From Bianqueaceae bacterium (GTDB lineage: Bacteria; Bacillota; Clostridia; Lachnospirales; Bianqueaceae): a DNA stretch of 64,000 bases. The notes beneath the pieces were generated by a model. It was not told where the DNA came from and made no database searches. It saw nothing but the letters and a program-made list of their open reading frames with translations. Numbering within the stretch: the stretch's first letter is position 1; each line of letters begins with the position of its first letter. The DNA lies in assembly GCA_045599825.1 (NCBI GenBank), contig JAZRWR010000113.1, positions 3,938 through 67,937 on the forward strand, in the 5' to 3' direction. The translations under genes and the position numbers were made by a program. Positions 1 through 12,535 of the stretch are shown one piece after another.

Positions 1-1059
1 GAGGCTCCCGAAATCTGTCCTGACGAGTCTGTCCGCGCCTTTGTCGATACGCTTTCGGTCAAGGAGATGACCGAGCTTGTGGTGGGCGCCGGCATGTTCG
101 GCAGCGGCCGCTTCAATATGCCCGGCTCGGTCGGAAATACCAGCTCGAAATTCTGGGACCGCGGTCTGGTGAATGTGGCCCTGTGCGACGGGCCGGCCGG
201 CCTTCGCATCCAGAAGATCTCCACCGTGGATAAGAAGGGCAGGGTCAAGGGCGTCGAGCTGCCCTTGTCCGCTTTGGAGGCGCTGCCCGGCTTTATCAAA
301 AAGGGCATGATCGGGAACCCTGAGACCGACCGGGTCATCTATCAGTATACGACCGCCTTCCCTGTGGCCTCGGCTCTGGCGCAGAGCTGGAATCAGGACG
401 TTCTTTATGAGGTGGGCCGCGCCGTGTACGAGGAAATGAAGGAGTACGGCTGTACCTTCTGGCTGGCGCCCGCCATCAATATTCACCGGAATCCCCTTTG
501 CGGCCGCAATTTTGAATATTTTTCGGAGGATCCCTTTCTCTGCGGCAGCCTGGCGGCTGCGATGGTCCGCGGCGTGCAGCAGGAGCCCGGCTTTTATGTG
601 ACCGTGAAGCACTTCGCCTGCAATAACCAGGAGGACAACCGCAACAAGGTCGACTCGGTGCTGTCCGAGCGGGCGCTGCGCGAGATCTATCTTCGCGCCT
701 TCGAAATCTGCGTAAGGGAGGGCGGCGCGAAGGGCATTATGACCTCCTACAATCAGGTTAACGGGGTCTATACGCCTACCAGCTATGACCTGTGCACAAA
801 GCTCCTTCGGAATGAATGGGGCTTTGAAGGCGTTGTCATGACGGACTGGTTCTCGACCATGGTGGTCTCCGGCAACAGTGCGCTGGCCATCAAGGTCGGC
901 AATGATCTGATCATGCCCGGCGAGCCGCTTTCGAAGAGCGCCATCCGGAAGGCCGTGCGGAGAGGCACACTCAGCCGCGACGAGCTGAGGCGCTGCTGCG
1001 CAAACGTCGTCAAGGCTGTGATGGACAGCCGTACACAGCAGGAATATTCAGGAAAATAA
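1..1059 (+). CDS. Glycoside hydrolase family 3 protein (beta-glucosidase type), 5'-truncated by the window edge, with the catalytic domain at the C-terminus
   Basis: Frame 1 is open from base 1, with no stop before the listed Met at 67. GH3 catalytic-domain motifs are present: KHFACNNQEDNR, SYNQVNG, VVMTDW. The protein ends about 70 aa after MTDW, so the second GH3 domain must lie upstream. Confidence 0.85.
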   Translation, partial: EAPEICPDESVRAFVDTLSVKEMTELVVGAGMFGSGRFNMPGSVGNTSSKFWDRGLVNVALCDGPAGLRIQKISTVDKKGRVKGVELPLSALEALPGFIKKGMIGNPETDRVIYQYTTAFPVASALAQSWNQDVLYEVGRAVYEEMKEYGCTFWLAPAINIHRNPLCGRNFEYFSEDPFLCGSLAAAMVRGVQQEPGFYVTVKHFACNNQEDNRNKVDSVLSERALREIYLRAFEICVREGGAKGIMTSYNQVNGVYTPTSYDLCTKLLRNEWGFEGVVMTDWFSTMVVSGNSALAIKVGNDLIMPGEPLSKSAIRKAVRRGTLSRDELRRCCANVVKAVMDSRTQQEYSGK

Positions 1060-1132
1060 TCGGAAAAGGCTCCGTCCGAATCGCTTTTTCTGCTATAATA
1101 GCGTTTGAAACATACGCGAGAGGAGAAACATC

Positions 1133-1801
1133 ATGCAGCTTCGCGGAAAGAAAATCAACTTTCTTGGAGACAGTATCACCGAGGGCGCCGGGACGGACGG
1201 GCTTGCCTATGCCTTTCCGGCTTTATTGAAGGAGGAGCTTGGTTTAGCCGAAAGCCGCAACTACGGTATCGGCGGGACGCGCATCGCGCCGCAGCAGCTT
1301 CCGAATCTGCGGGACTGCCGCCTGGACGGCGATTATTACACGCGGCTCAGCACGCTGGACCCGGACGCAGACCTTATTTTCATCTGGGGCGGCACGAACG
1401 ATTACGGCCACGGAAATGCTCCCTTCGGGCAGGTCGGCGATGCATCGCCGGCTACCTTCTGCGGGGCTGTCCGCTGCATGCTGGAGAAGGCCCGCGCACG
1501 GTTTCCGCAGGCGCGCCTGGTGCTCGCCACGCCGCTTGAGCGCCTCAACAGTGACAGCCCCTACGGAGACGGCGGTCAGCCCTTCACGGTGCCGCCCCTT
1601 TCGGAATATGCCTGCGCCATGCGCGAAATCGCCGAAGAGCAGGGCGTCCCGCTGCTGGATTTTTTTGCGATGAAGACTCTTGACCCGAATGTGCCGCTGC
1701 TGCGCGGTATCTACGTGCCGGACGGTCTGCATCCGAACAATGCCGGTCACCAGGTCCTCTGCCGCATCATCAAGGACTTTCTGGAAAAGCTTCCCGATTA
1801 A
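1133..1801 (+). CDS. SGNH/GDSL-family hydrolase (esterase/acylhydrolase)
   Basis: SGNH blocks are present: FLGDSITEG (block I Ser), GGTND (block III), DGLHPN (block V Asp/His). GAGAGGAG lies upstream of ATG 1133. Confidence 0.85.
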   Translation: MQLRGKKINFLGDSITEGAGTDGLAYAFPALLKEELGLAESRNYGIGGTRIAPQQLPNLRDCRLDGDYYTRLSTLDPDADLIFIWGGTNDYGHGNAPFGQVGDASPATFCGAVRCMLEKARARFPQARLVLATPLERLNSDSPYGDGGQPFTVPPLSEYACAMREIAEEQGVPLLDFFAMKTLDPNVPLLRGIYVPDGLHPNNAGHQVLCRIIKDFLEKLPD

Positions 1802-4768
<2,967 letters not shown>

Positions 4769-4849
4769 AGCTTTGACAAGAAACAAACTATCTGTTATAA
4801 TGCAATTTACGTATGCTATCCTTTATTGACTGCAGCACGGAGGCAGGAC

Positions 4850-6811
4850 ATGAAAGTTTCGAAACTGACCGTCGGAGAAAAGCTCTTTGAGCTCTCCGAC
4901 ACCATGTACGGTATTTGTCTGGAAGACATGAACTGGGCAATTGACGGTGGTTTGAACGCCAATATGGTGAATAACCACAGCTTTGACGCGCAGTATTTCC
5001 CGAAAAGTGCCCTCGGAAGCTGGATGTCCCTGACCAAGCGCGCGCCGCGTCTGAAGGAGGATCATCTGCGTTACTGGCACGCGGAGGGACTGGAAATGGA
5101 CAGCCGCGTCATTGACGGCGCGCATCCCAACAGCTGCTATGCCCGCATTTCCTCGGCCCGCTACGGGGTGCTGGAGAACAAGGGCTTCAGCGGCGGAAAG
5201 AAGCAGCGCAAAAGCTGCGCCATGAACTTTTCGCAGGGCGCGGCCTACGTGTTTTCCTGCTATGTGCGCAACCTGGATTTCGAAGGCAAGGTGCTCATCA
5301 GCGCGGCGGATGAAAACGGCCGCGCGCTGACCGAGCCGGCGGTCCTGCCCTTAAGCTATGAGTGGGAGCGTCCGGAGCTTACGCTCATCGCCGTGAGGGG
5401 CGGCTGCGGAAAGCTGCAGATCACCTTTGACGGCGCCGGCCGGCTGGACCTTGACTGCGTCATTCTGCGCCCGGAGGATGTCTGGGGCGAAAAGGATCCG
5501 AAGTATACGGAGGGACATTTCCGCCGTGATATCGTGGAAAGCCTCGCGGCGCTTCGCCCGCGCTTTGTGCGCTTCCCGGGGGGACTCCTGGCGGAGGGCG
5601 CCTTCGCAGGAAATGAATATAACTGGAAAAATTCCGTGGGCCCCACGCTGGAGCGTGTCGGCATGCCCAATATCTGGGGACTTCACATTCCGGACCGGGG
5701 CTGCTTCCAGTCGCTGCAGATCGGCTTTTACGAGCTTTTCTGCCTGTGCGAGGACCTGGAGGCCGAGCCTCTGCCTGTCCTGTGGGACGGCGCCTCCAGC
5801 CGCTTCTTCTCCAAGGACTGCCTGGATATTTCCTCTGCCGAATTTGAGGAGAAGGTCGTCTCGAACGTACTGGACCTGCTGGAGTTTGCGCTGCTTAAGC
5901 CCTCGCAGAGCGAGTGGGCCCGACTCCGGGCCGAAATGGGACATAAGGCGCCCTTCGGTCTGCACATGCTTGCCATCGGAAGCGAAAATTTCGGTCCGGC
6001 CTATCAGAAGGTTTTTGAACTGCTGAGGACCGAGGTCAATCTGAAATTCCCCGGCGTCAAGCTGGTGATGGCGGCGGATCCCCTGAAAAAGGACCGGAAC
6101 TTCGCGGCTCTCTGCAAGAGCGTCGGCGATGATTCCGCGCTCATTCTGGATGAGCATTACCGCCGCGGCAGACTGTGGTTCCGCCTGAGCCACCGTCGCT
6201 TTGACGCTTATCCGCGCGGCGGTGCGGGCCTCATGCTCGGCGAATACGCCGCGGCCCTGCATTATCTGCCGCAAAAACACAATACCTTCGCTTCGGCCCT
6301 GTCCGAGGCGGCCTTCCTGACCGGGGTCGAGCGCAATGCCGATCTGGTCCGGATGGCTTCGTATGCGCCTCTTCTGGCGCTGTCCGAGGGGACGGTCCGG
6401 CGTCACAGCCTGCTGTACTTCAACCCTGCCCACGTCCTGAAAACCGCCAATTATCAGGTCCAGGAGCTCTTCTCCAATCATTTGGGAAGCTTCGTGCCTG
6501 CGCTTAGCGGCAAGCTTCCGGCGGGCGTCTGCGCGTCTGTCACGGAAGACGAATCCTATTTGTATCTGAAGCTGGTCAACGCCCGTCACACGAGCGTGGG
6601 CCTTGAATGCGTGCTGCCCTTCCTGCGCGGAAGCGCCGTACTGTATCTGTACCGCTCGGCCTGCGGACTGAAGGCCAACCGTCTTTCCTTCAAGGGAGAG
6701 CCGGAATATAAGCTGGCGCTGGAAGAGCAGCGCTATGAGGTGTTTGACGGCAGCCTCGGCATGAGCCTGGACAGGCGCTGTCTGGCTGTCATCCGAATCC
6801 GGAAGCTGTAA
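4850..6811 (+). CDS. GH51-like alpha-L-arabinofuranosidase family protein
   Basis: VRFPGGLLAEG...YNWKNSVGP resembles the GH51 RFPGGNF...Y.W.DGIGP block. IGSENFG occupies the position of the GNE acid/base motif. Start moved to ATG 4850, which has GGAGG 5 nt upstream; the listed TTG 4826 lacks an RBS. Confidence 0.55.
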   Translation: MKVSKLTVGEKLFELSDTMYGICLEDMNWAIDGGLNANMVNNHSFDAQYFPKSALGSWMSLTKRAPRLKEDHLRYWHAEGLEMDSRVIDGAHPNSCYARISSARYGVLENKGFSGGKKQRKSCAMNFSQGAAYVFSCYVRNLDFEGKVLISAADENGRALTEPAVLPLSYEWERPELTLIAVRGGCGKLQITFDGAGRLDLDCVILRPEDVWGEKDPKYTEGHFRRDIVESLAALRPRFVRFPGGLLAEGAFAGNEYNWKNSVGPTLERVGMPNIWGLHIPDRGCFQSLQIGFYELFCLCEDLEAEPLPVLWDGASSRFFSKDCLDISSAEFEEKVVSNVLDLLEFALLKPSQSEWARLRAEMGHKAPFGLHMLAIGSENFGPAYQKVFELLRTEVNLKFPGVKLVMAADPLKKDRNFAALCKSVGDDSALILDEHYRRGRLWFRLSHRRFDAYPRGGAGLMLGEYAAALHYLPQKHNTFASALSEAAFLTGVERNADLVRMASYAPLLALSEGTVRRHSLLYFNPAHVLKTANYQVQELFSNHLGSFVPALSGKLPAGVCASVTEDESYLYLKLVNARHTSVGLECVLPFLRGSAVLYLYRSACGLKANRLSFKGEPEYKLALEEQRYEVFDGSLGMSLDRRCLAVIRIRKL

Positions 6812-6859
6812 TCTTTTTCTCCGCTCCGGAGACTGCCCCTGCGCGGGTATGAGGTTTTT

Positions 6860-8947
6860 ATGAAATATAATATCGAAAATTTTGACGAGGCTCTGCTGGT
6901 GATGAAGCAGGCCGGGGAAGAGACCGTGGTTGGCCCCGAGTCCAATCATCCCCATCTGGCCAATGAGCTGGCCGATGAGCTTGTTTCGCAGATGAGCCTG
7001 AAAGAAAAGGTCGGCATGCTGAGCGGCCACTGGCTGCCCCTGCGGGAGCTCCTGCACGGCCGCACCTACAACTATATGCCCATCCCCGGCTGCGGCTGCA
7101 AGCGTCTGGGCATCCCCGCTATCCTGTTTTCCGACGGCCCCCGCGGTGTTGTCATGAAGAATTCGACGGCCTTCCCGACCCCCAACATCCGGGCGGCTGC
7201 CTTCGACGACGGGCTGGAGGCCCGCATCGGCGATGCGATCGCCGAGGAATGCATCTCCCGCGGCGCCAACTTCTTCGCGGGCGTCTGCCTGAATCTGCTG
7301 CGCCATCCGGCCTGGGGCCGCGCGCAGGAGGCCTACGGCGAGGACCAGTATCTGACCGGCCGATACGGCGAGGCGCTGGTGAGAGCGCTGCAGAAGCGCG
7401 GAGTTATCGCCTGCCCCAAGCACTTCGCCCTGAACAGCATCGAGAACCTGCGCTTCAGCGTCAACGCGCGCGCAGACCGGGAGACGATGAACGATGTCTA
7501 TCTCTGGCACTTCCGCAAGTGCGCCGAGGCCGGTGCAGGCTCCTTCATGAGCGCCTACAATCAGGTGAACGGCAGCTTCTGCGGCGAAAACAAGGAGCTT
7601 TTAAGCGACTGCCTGCGCGGCCGTCTCGGCTTCAACGGCTTTACGATCTCCGACTTTATCTGGGGCGTTCATGACGGCACGGCATCGCTTGAGGCCGGGC
7701 TGGATGTGGAAATGCCCATGACGCTTTACCGCGGCCGCAAGCTGAAAAAGGCGGTCAGGAAGGGAAAACTTCAGGAGGATAAGCTGGATGAGGCCTGCCG
7801 CCGCATCATCGCGACCCTGCTTCGCTTCCAGAACTGCTACCGTGCGCAGTCCGTTCCCGATGAGGAAGAAAATGCAGCCTCTCACGCGGCGCTTTCGCGC
7901 GAGGCGCTCGAAAAGGGCTGTGTGCTCCTCAAGAATGACGGAATGCTGCCCATCGAAAACCGCGATGCAAAAATCGCGCTGGTCGGCCGTTTCGCGAATG
8001 ACCGCGTCATCGGCGACCACGGCTCCTCCTGCGTCTATCCGCCCTACATCGTCACGCCGGCGGAGGGCCTGAAAAAGGTCTACACCAACCTGAGCGTGGC
8101 CTCCACGAACGAAATCGACAAATGCTCCAAGGCCGCGGCCGATGCCGATTACATCATCGCCGTCCTCGGCAACAATTTCGAGGATGAGGGCGAGTTCATG
8201 ATGAAGGGCGGTGAAAAGGTCGTCAAGGGAGGAGACCGCAGCTCTCTGCGTCTGCACCCGGCCGATGTGGAGCTGATCCACGCGATGGCTGCCTTCGGCA
8301 AGCCGCTCCTGGTCGTCTTCTATTCCGGCTCCGCCGTGCTGACCTCCGAGTGGGATCAGGAGGCAGGCGCCATCCTTTATGCCGGCTATCCCGGTATGGA
8401 GGGCGGAAACGCCCTGGCCGCGCTCATCAGCGGAGCGGTCAATCCCTCCGGCAAGCTGCCCTTTACCGTAGCGGCCCGTGAAGAAGACTACCCGCCCTTC
8501 CTTTACCGCGAGGACGGCCGTCAGGACATCGATTACGGCTACTACCACGGCTATGCGCTCATGGAAAAGCGTCACTTAAGTCCGGCCTATCCCTTCGGCT
8601 TCGGTCTCTCTTATACGAGCTTTGCTTATGGAGAGCCGGAGGTTAAGGATGAGGGCGAGAGCCTGCTGGTGACGGTTCCCGTGACCAATACCGGTGTGCG
8701 CGAGGGCTGCGAGACCGTTCTGGTCTTTGTCGGCTCCAATATTGAGTTCAAGCCGCACAAGCTCCTGAAAGGCTTCTGCCGTGTGGATCTTGCGCCCGGC
8801 GAAACCCGGCAGGCGGAAATCCGCATAGCCAAGGAGGATCTGGTTCTCTTCAATCCCCTGAATGAAAAGATGGAGGTCTCTGACGCGCTCAGCGTCTTCG
8901 TCGGCGCCAATGCCGCGGATGCCGAGAAGCGCTGCGTCAATCTGTGA
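6860..8947 (+). CDS. Glycoside hydrolase family 3 beta-glucosidase (canonical domain order, 695 aa)
   Basis: Motifs present: KHFALNSIENLR, SAYNQVNGSFCGENK, FTISDF (nucleophile Asp region), plus a C-terminal fibronectin-like region. Confidence 0.9.
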   Translation: MKYNIENFDEALLVMKQAGEETVVGPESNHPHLANELADELVSQMSLKEKVGMLSGHWLPLRELLHGRTYNYMPIPGCGCKRLGIPAILFSDGPRGVVMKNSTAFPTPNIRAAAFDDGLEARIGDAIAEECISRGANFFAGVCLNLLRHPAWGRAQEAYGEDQYLTGRYGEALVRALQKRGVIACPKHFALNSIENLRFSVNARADRETMNDVYLWHFRKCAEAGAGSFMSAYNQVNGSFCGENKELLSDCLRGRLGFNGFTISDFIWGVHDGTASLEAGLDVEMPMTLYRGRKLKKAVRKGKLQEDKLDEACRRIIATLLRFQNCYRAQSVPDEEENAASHAALSREALEKGCVLLKNDGMLPIENRDAKIALVGRFANDRVIGDHGSSCVYPPYIVTPAEGLKKVYTNLSVASTNEIDKCSKAAADADYIIAVLGNNFEDEGEFMMKGGEKVVKGGDRSSLRLHPADVELIHAMAAFGKPLLVVFYSGSAVLTSEWDQEAGAILYAGYPGMEGGNALAALISGAVNPSGKLPFTVAAREEDYPPFLYREDGRQDIDYGYYHGYALMEKRHLSPAYPFGFGLSYTSFAYGEPEVKDEGESLLVTVPVTNTGVREGCETVLVFVGSNIEFKPHKLLKGFCRVDLAPGETRQAEIRIAKEDLVLFNPLNEKMEVSDALSVFVGANAADAEKRCVNL

Positions 8948-8948
8948 A

Positions 8949-10343
8949 ATGACATTCAAAGAAAAATATTTCGGCGATAAAGCGTTCTACCGAACGCTTT
9001 TTGCCATTTTAATACCCGTTGTTGTCCAGAACACCTTCTCCAATTTTGTGAGTCTGCTCGACAATGTCATGGTCGGACGTCTGGGCACGGAGTCCATGAG
9101 CGGTGTTTCGGTTGCCAACCAGATGTTTTTCGTCTTCAACCTGGCCATTTTCGGCCTGATGAGCGGCGCGGGCATCTACGGCGCCCAATACGCCGGCCGC
9201 AAGGAATGGGAGGGTGTGCGCATCACGCTCCGCTACAAATTCGTGACGGGCACCGTCATTACGGCCCTCTTCACCCTGCTTTTTGTTTTCTTCGGCGATA
9301 AGCTCATCATGCTTTTCCTGACCGACGACGGCAGCAGCAACCTGGAGCTGACCCTTTCCGAGGGCGTGCGGTACATGCGCGCAGTGCTCCCCGGCATGAT
9401 TCCGCTGGCCATCACAAACGCCTTCGCGTCCACCCTGCGCGAAACCGGCCAGACAAGGCTGCCCATGCGGGCCAGCATCGCCGCGGTCTTCACGAACCTG
9501 GTCTTCAACTACATCCTGATTTTCGGCAAGCTCGGCGCGCCCGCACTGGGTGTGGCCGGCGCGGCCTATGCGACCGTTTTGTCGCGCTTCGTGGAAATCG
9601 CCGTGATGATCATCGGCAGCCGCAAGGAGCCCTTTGCAAAGGGACTTCTGCATCCCTTCCGCATTCCGCTGCGCGATGCCTGGCTGATTACCAAGCAGGG
9701 CTTTGCGCTGATGATGAACGAGACGATGTGGTCGCTCGGCAACACCCTTCTGACGCAGTTCTATTCCACGCGCGGACTTCTGGTCATCGGAGCGCTCAAT
9801 ATTTCGTCGACGGTGTGCAATCTCTTCATGGCCGGCGTGTTCTCGATGGGCACGGCTGTGGCCATCATTATCGGTCAGCTGCTGGGCGCCGGCAAAATCG
9901 AGGAGGCCAAGCGGACGGACCGCAAGCTGATCTTCTTCGGTGTGCTTTCCTGCTCGCTCATCGCGCTGATTCTGGCGGCGGTGGCCCCCTACATCCCCAA
10001 TCTGTACAAGACCTCGGATGAGGTCAGGGCGCTGGCGACGCGCCTGATCTGGATCAATGCTTGCTTTATGGTGCTGGACAGCTTCTTCAACACCTGCTAC
10101 TACACCCTGCGTGCCGGCGGCAACAGCGCCATCACCATCATCTTCGACAGCGGCTTTCTGTGGGTCATCGTGGTGCCGATCGCGGCGCTTCTGGCCTATC
10201 GGACCGAGCTGGAAATTCTGCCTCTGTTCATTCTGGTGCAGCTGCCGTATCTTCTGAAGATTTTTATCGGAGGTGCGCTGCTGAAGAAGGGAACCTGGGC
10301 GCGCAATCTGGTTGAGGAGGGCAGCGATGCCGGAACTGTATAA
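8949..10343 (+). CDS. MATE family efflux transporter
   Basis: About 12 hydrophobic segments. The N-terminal block ILIPVVVQNTFSNFVSLLDNVMVGRLGTESMSGVSVAN is typical of MATE/NorM. Start taken at ATG 8949 (MTFKEKYF) just after the GH3 stop, because the listed 8862 start would overlap that gene by 86 nt. Confidence 0.85.
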   Translation: MTFKEKYFGDKAFYRTLFAILIPVVVQNTFSNFVSLLDNVMVGRLGTESMSGVSVANQMFFVFNLAIFGLMSGAGIYGAQYAGRKEWEGVRITLRYKFVTGTVITALFTLLFVFFGDKLIMLFLTDDGSSNLELTLSEGVRYMRAVLPGMIPLAITNAFASTLRETGQTRLPMRASIAAVFTNLVFNYILIFGKLGAPALGVAGAAYATVLSRFVEIAVMIIGSRKEPFAKGLLHPFRIPLRDAWLITKQGFALMMNETMWSLGNTLLTQFYSTRGLLVIGALNISSTVCNLFMAGVFSMGTAVAIIIGQLLGAGKIEEAKRTDRKLIFFGVLSCSLIALILAAVAPYIPNLYKTSDEVRALATRLIWINACFMVLDSFFNTCYYTLRAGGNSAITIIFDSGFLWVIVVPIAALLAYRTELEILPLFILVQLPYLLKIFIGGALLKKGTWARNLVEEGSDAGTV

Positions 10344-11031
10344 GCATTACGAGGAGGTGCGCGGGCTGATTGACGAGGCCTGCCGCCGCGCCGGCCGGGA
10401 TCCCGCTGAGGTCCGGCTGCTGGCGGTTTCCAAGACGAAGCCGCTCGGCATGCTGGAGGAGCTGTTATCCTGCGGCGTGTGCGCCTTCGGCGAGAACAAG
10501 GTGCAGGAGCTTTGCGAAAAGTACGATGCGCTGGCGGCCTGCAGTACGCTGCCCAAGGCGGAGTTCCACATGATCGGCCATCTGCAGCGCAACAAGGTCA
10601 AGTATCTGGAAGCGCGCGAAATCGCCCTGATTCACTCGGTGGATTCCCTGCGCCTGGCTGAGGAAATCAACAAGGAAGCCGGAAAACACGGCCGCGTACA
10701 GCCCGTTCTTCTGGAAATCAACATCGGTGCGGAGGCCTCGAAAAGCGGGGCCGCGCCTGAGGAAGCGGTATCGCTTGCGCGTCAGATAAACGGTCTGCCC
10801 AACCTGAAGCTCGCCGGGCTCATGTGTGTCGCGCCGGCCGCGGACGATCCCGAGCAGGTCCGTCCCTGCTTTGCCCGGATGCGCGCGCTCCGCGACGAAA
10901 TCGGCGCTTTCGCCCCGGACTGCACGGAGCTTTCCATGGGCATGTCCGGCGATTTCGAGGCAGCCGTAGAGGAGGGGGCCACGCTGGTCAGGGTCGGCTC
11001 GGCCATCTTCGGCGCCCGCAATTACGCATAA
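10327..11031 (+). CDS. YggS/YlmE family pyridoxal-phosphate-binding protein
   Basis: Motifs present: LLAVSKTKP (PLP Lys), FGENKVQE, MIGHLQRNKVKY, SMGMSGDF. GGAGG lies 7 nt upstream of ATG 10327. Confidence 0.85.
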   Translation: MPELYKHYEEVRGLIDEACRRAGRDPAEVRLLAVSKTKPLGMLEELLSCGVCAFGENKVQELCEKYDALAACSTLPKAEFHMIGHLQRNKVKYLEAREIALIHSVDSLRLAEEINKEAGKHGRVQPVLLEINIGAEASKSGAAPEEAVSLARQINGLPNLKLAGLMCVAPAADDPEQVRPCFARMRALRDEIGAFAPDCTELSMGMSGDFEAAVEEGATLVRVGSAIFGARNYA

Positions 11032-11052
11032 CAGGAAAGGAATTAATCACGC

Positions 11053-11559
11053 ATGAAACTGACGTCCGCAGAGGCGGCCAAGCTGCTTCGGAAATACAAT
11101 GACGAAATCGAGAATCTGATCAGCCGGGAGAATCTCGGCAAGGAATTCCTGGCGTCCGTCGGCGAGGACACTGAGTCTGTCCGTCCCGTCTACAGCTACG
11201 AGGAAACACGTGAGGCACTGGACGCGCTGAATACCAAAATCCGCAAGCTGAAGCATGCGCTCAACATCTTCAATTCCACGCAGCTGATCCCCGAGTTCAA
11301 TATGACCATCGATGAGATGCTCATCTATCTGCCTCAGCTGACCGAGCGCCGCTTCAAGCTGAATAATATGAAGAACCGCCTGCCGAAGATTCGCGAGAAC
11401 GCGATGCGAAACACCGCCATCATCGATTACCGCTACACGAATTACGATATCGCCGCAGTCGCGGCCGATTTCGCGGCGGTCTCCGACGAGCTCTCCCGCG
11501 CTCAGAACGCGCTGGATAAAATCAACAGCAGCGTGTACTTTGAGGTAGACGAACTGTAA
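11053..11559 (+). CDS. Hypothetical protein (168 aa, predicted helical/coiled-coil)
   Basis: Clean ORF with host-like codon usage. I recognise no family. Confidence 0.45.
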   Translation: MKLTSAEAAKLLRKYNDEIENLISRENLGKEFLASVGEDTESVRPVYSYEETREALDALNTKIRKLKHALNIFNSTQLIPEFNMTIDEMLIYLPQLTERRFKLNNMKNRLPKIRENAMRNTAIIDYRYTNYDIAAVAADFAAVSDELSRAQNALDKINSSVYFEVDEL

Positions 11560-11823
11560 GCTCCGCTATGCCGGAGATTTTCTTCCTGCCGGAGGGGCTT
11601 TTCTGGGCTCCTTCTGCGTTAACGCACGTATGCACCCCTTTTTCCTTTTCGGAAATTCTTACGATAGGTTCAAAGTTTTTTCTTATCCGTTATTCTTTTT
11701 GGTTATTCTTTATCGTTCAGGTTATCCAGGTCTCGGAAATCGGATTATTTTTTCAGCAGCGTGACGTGAAGCCCATCTTCCGGGGAGGCACGGTTCGAAC
11801 CGGAAATTTTCGCAAACGAAAAA

Positions 11824-11870
11824 GCTCAGAAGCCATACGGCGTATGTCCGCCGGCTTCTGAGCTTTGTTT
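11824..11870. terminator. Bidirectional Rho-independent terminator between convergent genes
   Basis: GCTCAGAAGCC (11824-11834) pairs with GGCTTCTGAGC (11853-11863), with an inner CGGCG/CGCCG stem. An A-run lies upstream and TTTGTTT downstream. Confidence 0.55.
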
Positions 11871-11881
11871 GGTTGTGTGAA

Positions 11882-12520
11882 TCAGTTCGGCATTTCGACG
11901 AACTGGCTGCTTGCGCCGCTTTCGTCCACGGCGACGCTGATGGACTGGCTGTCCTCGCTGACGCCGCTGTTCTTTTCTTTTTCAAGGCGGCGGATGCAGC
12001 GCCCGATGAAGACAGTGGTCAGAAGGTCGGTCACGCCGCTGAAGATCAGTCCGGCACCGTTCAGCCGCATGCGGAGCATATCGGCGTTAAAGGGATTCAG
12101 AATGAGGACTACGCCCAGGGCGATGCCGAGGATGGCGAAGACCAGCACGAAGGCCCAGCTGCGGGAGTCCACGCGCAGCAGGTTAAGGGCATTCTGCAGC
12201 TTCAGAATACCGCTGAAGGTAATCAGAAAGCCCAGGAATACCGGTACGAAGCCGGCGATCTCCTTGGCCTTCAGGAAGGCGAACACGCCCAGAAGCACCA
12301 GGCCGAGGCCCAGCACGAGGTCGTAGCGGAAGAAGGAAAGATCCATCTTGCGGACGCAGTAGGAGATGACGATGATCAGGCCCACCGCGCACAGGAGCGC
12401 ACCCAGCACAAAGGTCAGTGTCAGAAACTCGGTGTTCGGGAAAATCATCATCAGGATGCCGGCGGCAGCCATCAGCAGGGAGCCGGCGATCAGATTCCAT
12501 TTGGTACTTTTGAAAATCAT
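11882..12520 (-). CDS. HdeD/DUF308 family membrane protein
   Basis: Six hydrophobic helices. The N-terminal W.L..G.L....GI.....P pattern (KWNLIAGSLLMAAAGILMMIFP) is typical of DUF308. Confidence 0.65.
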   Translation of the reverse strand: MIFKSTKWNLIAGSLLMAAAGILMMIFPNTEFLTLTFVLGALLCAVGLIIVISYCVRKMDLSFFRYDLVLGLGLVLLGVFAFLKAKEIAGFVPVFLGFLITFSGILKLQNALNLLRVDSRSWAFVLVFAILGIALGVVLILNPFNADMLRMRLNGAGLIFSGVTDLLTTVFIGRCIRRLEKEKNSGVSEDSQSISVAVDESGASSQFVEMPN

Positions 12521-12535
12521 GGGAGCCTCCTTATA

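Noticed and set aside
8862-8948. N-terminal extensions proposed by the ORF track for the MATE gene. The same applies to 10312, 12536-13330, 14529-15173, 15278-16261, 33190-34179, 43393, 45527, 53343 and 54655.
   Set aside because: The extensions are Arg/Pro/Ser-rich, overlap upstream genes or terminators, and lack an RBS. Internal ATG/GTG codons with GGAGG-type RBSs, followed by conserved family N-termini, were preferred.
11792-11801. GGTTCGAACC, resembling a tRNA T-arm, which might indicate a tRNA or tRNA fragment (integration site remnant).
   Set aside because: I could build no acceptor, D or anticodon arms around it. It is a simple palindrome within a run of hairpins.
11568-11861. 97-aa ORF in the AT-rich convergent intergenic region.
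   Set aside because: It has no RBS and spans terminator hairpins. Its composition is Phe/Ser/Ile-rich and unlike the host's genes, so it is probably non-coding.
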